DNA of 7,500 bases, taken from NCBI GenBank assembly GCA_045589395.1, contig JAZNOZ010000010.1, forward strand, positions 1 through 7,500. The letters are read 5' to 3'. The first letter of the stretch is position 1, and each line of letters begins with the position of its first letter. The translations under genes were made by a program, and so were the position numbers. Source of the stretch: Acutalibacteraceae bacterium. Lineage in GTDB: Bacteria > Bacillota > Clostridia > Oscillospirales > Acutalibacteraceae. The notes below the pieces were generated by a model. It was not told the DNA's origin. It did not search any database and saw only the letters and a program-made list of their open reading frames with translations. Shown one piece after another: positions 6,203 through 7,500 of this stretch.

Positions 6203-6522
6203 CAAATATTGAATTCACGCTTGCAGACGGAGTGCTGTGCTTTTCGTGTATCGGACACTCATATTATGCCGAAAAGGGAAAGGATATTGTTTGTGCGGGA
6301 ATTTCTGCCTTGTGCAAGGCTATGTATGAAAGAATACGAGTGTTGGAAAGCGAAAAACAGACTGAAATAAAGAAATACCGTGCTTCAGACGGTTCACTTT
6401 TACTGCATTTTACTCTGACTGAAAAAGCGGAGGAATGCTGTAAAACCGTTATGTGCGGCTTTGAGTTTATTGCAAAGACCTATCCCGAAAACTGCCGTGT
6501 ATCTGTCCTTGTGGCTGAATAG
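6199..6522 (+). CDS. Prp-like cysteine protease (DUF464 / ribosomal-processing cysteine protease family), phage-encoded
   Basis: 107 aa. The N-terminal signature IGHSYYAEKGKDIVCAGISAL matches the GH...G.DIVCAg.SA core of YsxB/Prp proteins, with candidate dyad His20/Cys32. The ATG at 6199 overlaps the portal stop (ATGA at 6199-6202). RBS AAGGA lies at 6184-6188. Confidence 0.8.
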   Translation: MTNIEFTLADGVLCFSCIGHSYYAEKGKDIVCAGISALCKAMYERIRVLESEKQTEIKKYRASDGSLLLHFTLTEKAEECCKTVMCGFEFIAKTYPENCRVSVLVAE

Positions 6523-6544
6523 TGTAATCTGAGAATAAATATGT

Positions 6545-6573
6545 TTGCATTTTGCCGTTTTAAGTGCTAAAAT
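6545..6573 (+). promoter_or_regulatory. Candidate extended -10 promoter for the membrane-protein gene
   Basis: TTGCAT (6545-6550), a 17-nt spacer, then TG-C-TAAAAT (TG at 6565-6566, hexamer at 6568-6573). This would place the TSS near 6580 and give a very short leader. Confidence 0.35.
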
Positions 6574-6590
6574 AGTAAACGGTGAAAAAA

Positions 6591-7175
6591 ATGTTGGGTT
6601 TTAAAAAAATAGACTTGAATTCAATACGGCACAGCAACGGTGCATATATTGCTCTGAATTTCTTTATTGCCGTGTGCGGACTTTTGTTCGTTATTTTTCC
6701 CTCGATGCCTGTTTCCGTTGTCAATAAGGCATTGGGACTGATATTGGGCTTTGCAGGGGTTATTGAAATAATTGTATATTTTATCCGTGACCTGCAAAAC
6801 AAGGCGAAATGGTGGGATTTCCCTTTCGGTATCTTTTTTCTCTTAAGCGGCATTGTTTTATTGCTTTTTCATAAGCTGCCTTTTTTTCTGACTCTCTTTT
6901 TTTCGGGTGTTTTTGCGGTTCTAAATTCCGTTGCCGCTTTCAGAAGAACCTTAAGTCTTGTCAAAAAAGGGATTAAAATTGTTTATCCCTTGCTTGTTAT
7001 CAATGCTGTTTCTGTTGTTTTCGGGGCGATTGCAACAATCTGTCCGTTTACCGCAGGTAAGGTGTTTGCAATACTTCTGGGAATTTCAATATTTATTTCG
7101 GGTGCTGCAAAGGCAATACTGAGAATAATTGAGAAAAACAAAGAAAAAAATATTGAATCCATTGAGGAGCTGTAA
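6591..7175 (+). CDS. DUF308/HdeD-like integral membrane protein
   Basis: About six hydrophobic helices carrying the repeated G-x-x-x-I/L-x-x-G pattern typical of HdeD-family proteins (CGLLFVIFP...LGLILGFAGVIEII, GIFFLLSGIVLLLF, FGAIATICP...LLGISIFISGAAKAIL). The ATG at 6591 is preceded by GGTGA (6581-6585). The track start is a GTG at 6582. Confidence 0.75.
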   Translation: MLGFKKIDLNSIRHSNGAYIALNFFIAVCGLLFVIFPSMPVSVVNKALGLILGFAGVIEIIVYFIRDLQNKAKWWDFPFGIFFLLSGIVLLLFHKLPFFLTLFFSGVFAVLNSVAAFRRTLSLVKKGIKIVYPLLVINAVSVVFGAIATICPFTAGKVFAILLGISIFISGAAKAILRIIEKNKEKNIESIEEL

Positions 7176-7500
7176 AAACGGGAGTTTTTCGGCTCCTTTT
7201 TGCGGACAGGGACTCGACTTCTATGCAGAATATCCCGGTTGGGATAAATTCCTCTATTTCCTTGCAGGCGGTGTTGTTGTATTTATAGGCAATGAGCTTA
7301 TCAAAATGTTTTTCAGAGAGAACGACAGAGTTTCACCTCTGCTTAAAACCTTTGCAGCATCGGGATTTTCTTATGCGGATATAGATATGCTGTATGCCTT
7401 TTTCGCAAATGTTCTTGCATCAATAGCACTTGCAGTTTTACTGATGCTGAAAGAGAAAAAAGTCCGAAAAACAGATGTAAAAGGGAAAGCAAGGGTATAA
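7129..7500 (+). CDS. Hypothetical membrane-protein ORF with unresolved start; possibly the C-terminal remnant of a truncated gene
   Basis: The frame is open from 7129 to the TAA at 7498-7500, but the first in-frame ATG is at 7306. The only upstream candidates are TTG codons (7129, 7153, 7162). These have no RBS, lie inside the preceding gene, and precede the terminator. The motif PGWDKFLYFLAGG plus two hydrophobic segments suggests a membrane protein. It loosely resembles VanZ/YjdF-type motifs from memory, unverified. Confidence 0.3.
   Translation: MRKTKKKILNPLRSCKNGSFSAPFCGQGLDFYAEYPGWDKFLYFLAGGVVVFIGNELIKMFFRENDRVSPLLKTFAASGFSYADIDMLYAFFANVLASIALAVLLMLKEKKVRKTDVKGKARV
7165..7201 (+). terminator. 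Rho-independent terminator after the DUF308 gene
   Basis: Outer stem AGGAGC (7165-7170) pairs with GCTCCT (7192-7197). Inner stem is AAAAAC-GGGA-GTTTTT (7174-7189). A T-run runs to 7201. The stop codon is at 7173-7175. Confidence 0.6.

Noticed and set aside
4701-6258. ORFs 4701-4928 (+), 4718-5002 (-), 5585-5926 (-), 5934-6164 (+) and 5977-6258 (-) within the portal gene
   Set aside because: They are nested in or antisense to the long portal ORF, with no independent translation signals.
2680-6590. att-like direct repeats flanking the phage block
   Set aside because: The only shared strings between 2680-2826 and 6523-6590 are short AT-rich words of up to 7 nt (for example AATAAAT), which is not above chance in this composition.
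6560-6853. Minus-strand 97-aa ORF
   Set aside because: It is antisense to the DUF308 membrane-protein gene. Its apparent hydrophobicity is a mirror of the T-rich sense strand.

Overview
The window reads as a low-GC Gram-positive (Clostridia-like) mosaic locus with AGGAG-type RBSs, in four blocks. (1) 1-430 is non-coding: about 280 nt packed with short stem-loops, bracketed by two bidirectional intrinsic terminators. It contains a tandem 20-nt repeat whose stem bases differ in a compensatory way. (2) 429-2743, minus strand, is an ordinary OmpR-family response regulator plus membrane histidine kinase operon. The two genes overlap by 8 nt. The operon has a near-consensus promoter (TTGACT-17-TATAAT) and two palindromes in the leader. 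(3) 2827-6522, plus strand, is a phage DNA-packaging and head-morphogenesis fragment. It encodes a very small TerS-like coiled-coil protein, a large terminase, a putative portal, and a Cys-rich Prp-like (DUF464) cysteine protease translationally coupled to the portal. No capsid, scaffold or tail genes follow inside the window. (4) 6582-7500 holds a DUF308/HdeD-like membrane protein with its own promoter and terminator, then an open frame that lacks a credible start and may be a truncated gene. I see no recognisable defence system, CRISPR array, tRNA or rRNA. The best candidates for something undescribed are the hairpin-array element at 119-396 and the orphan terminase-portal-Prp cassette. Both are hypotheses that need database and structure checks I cannot run here.
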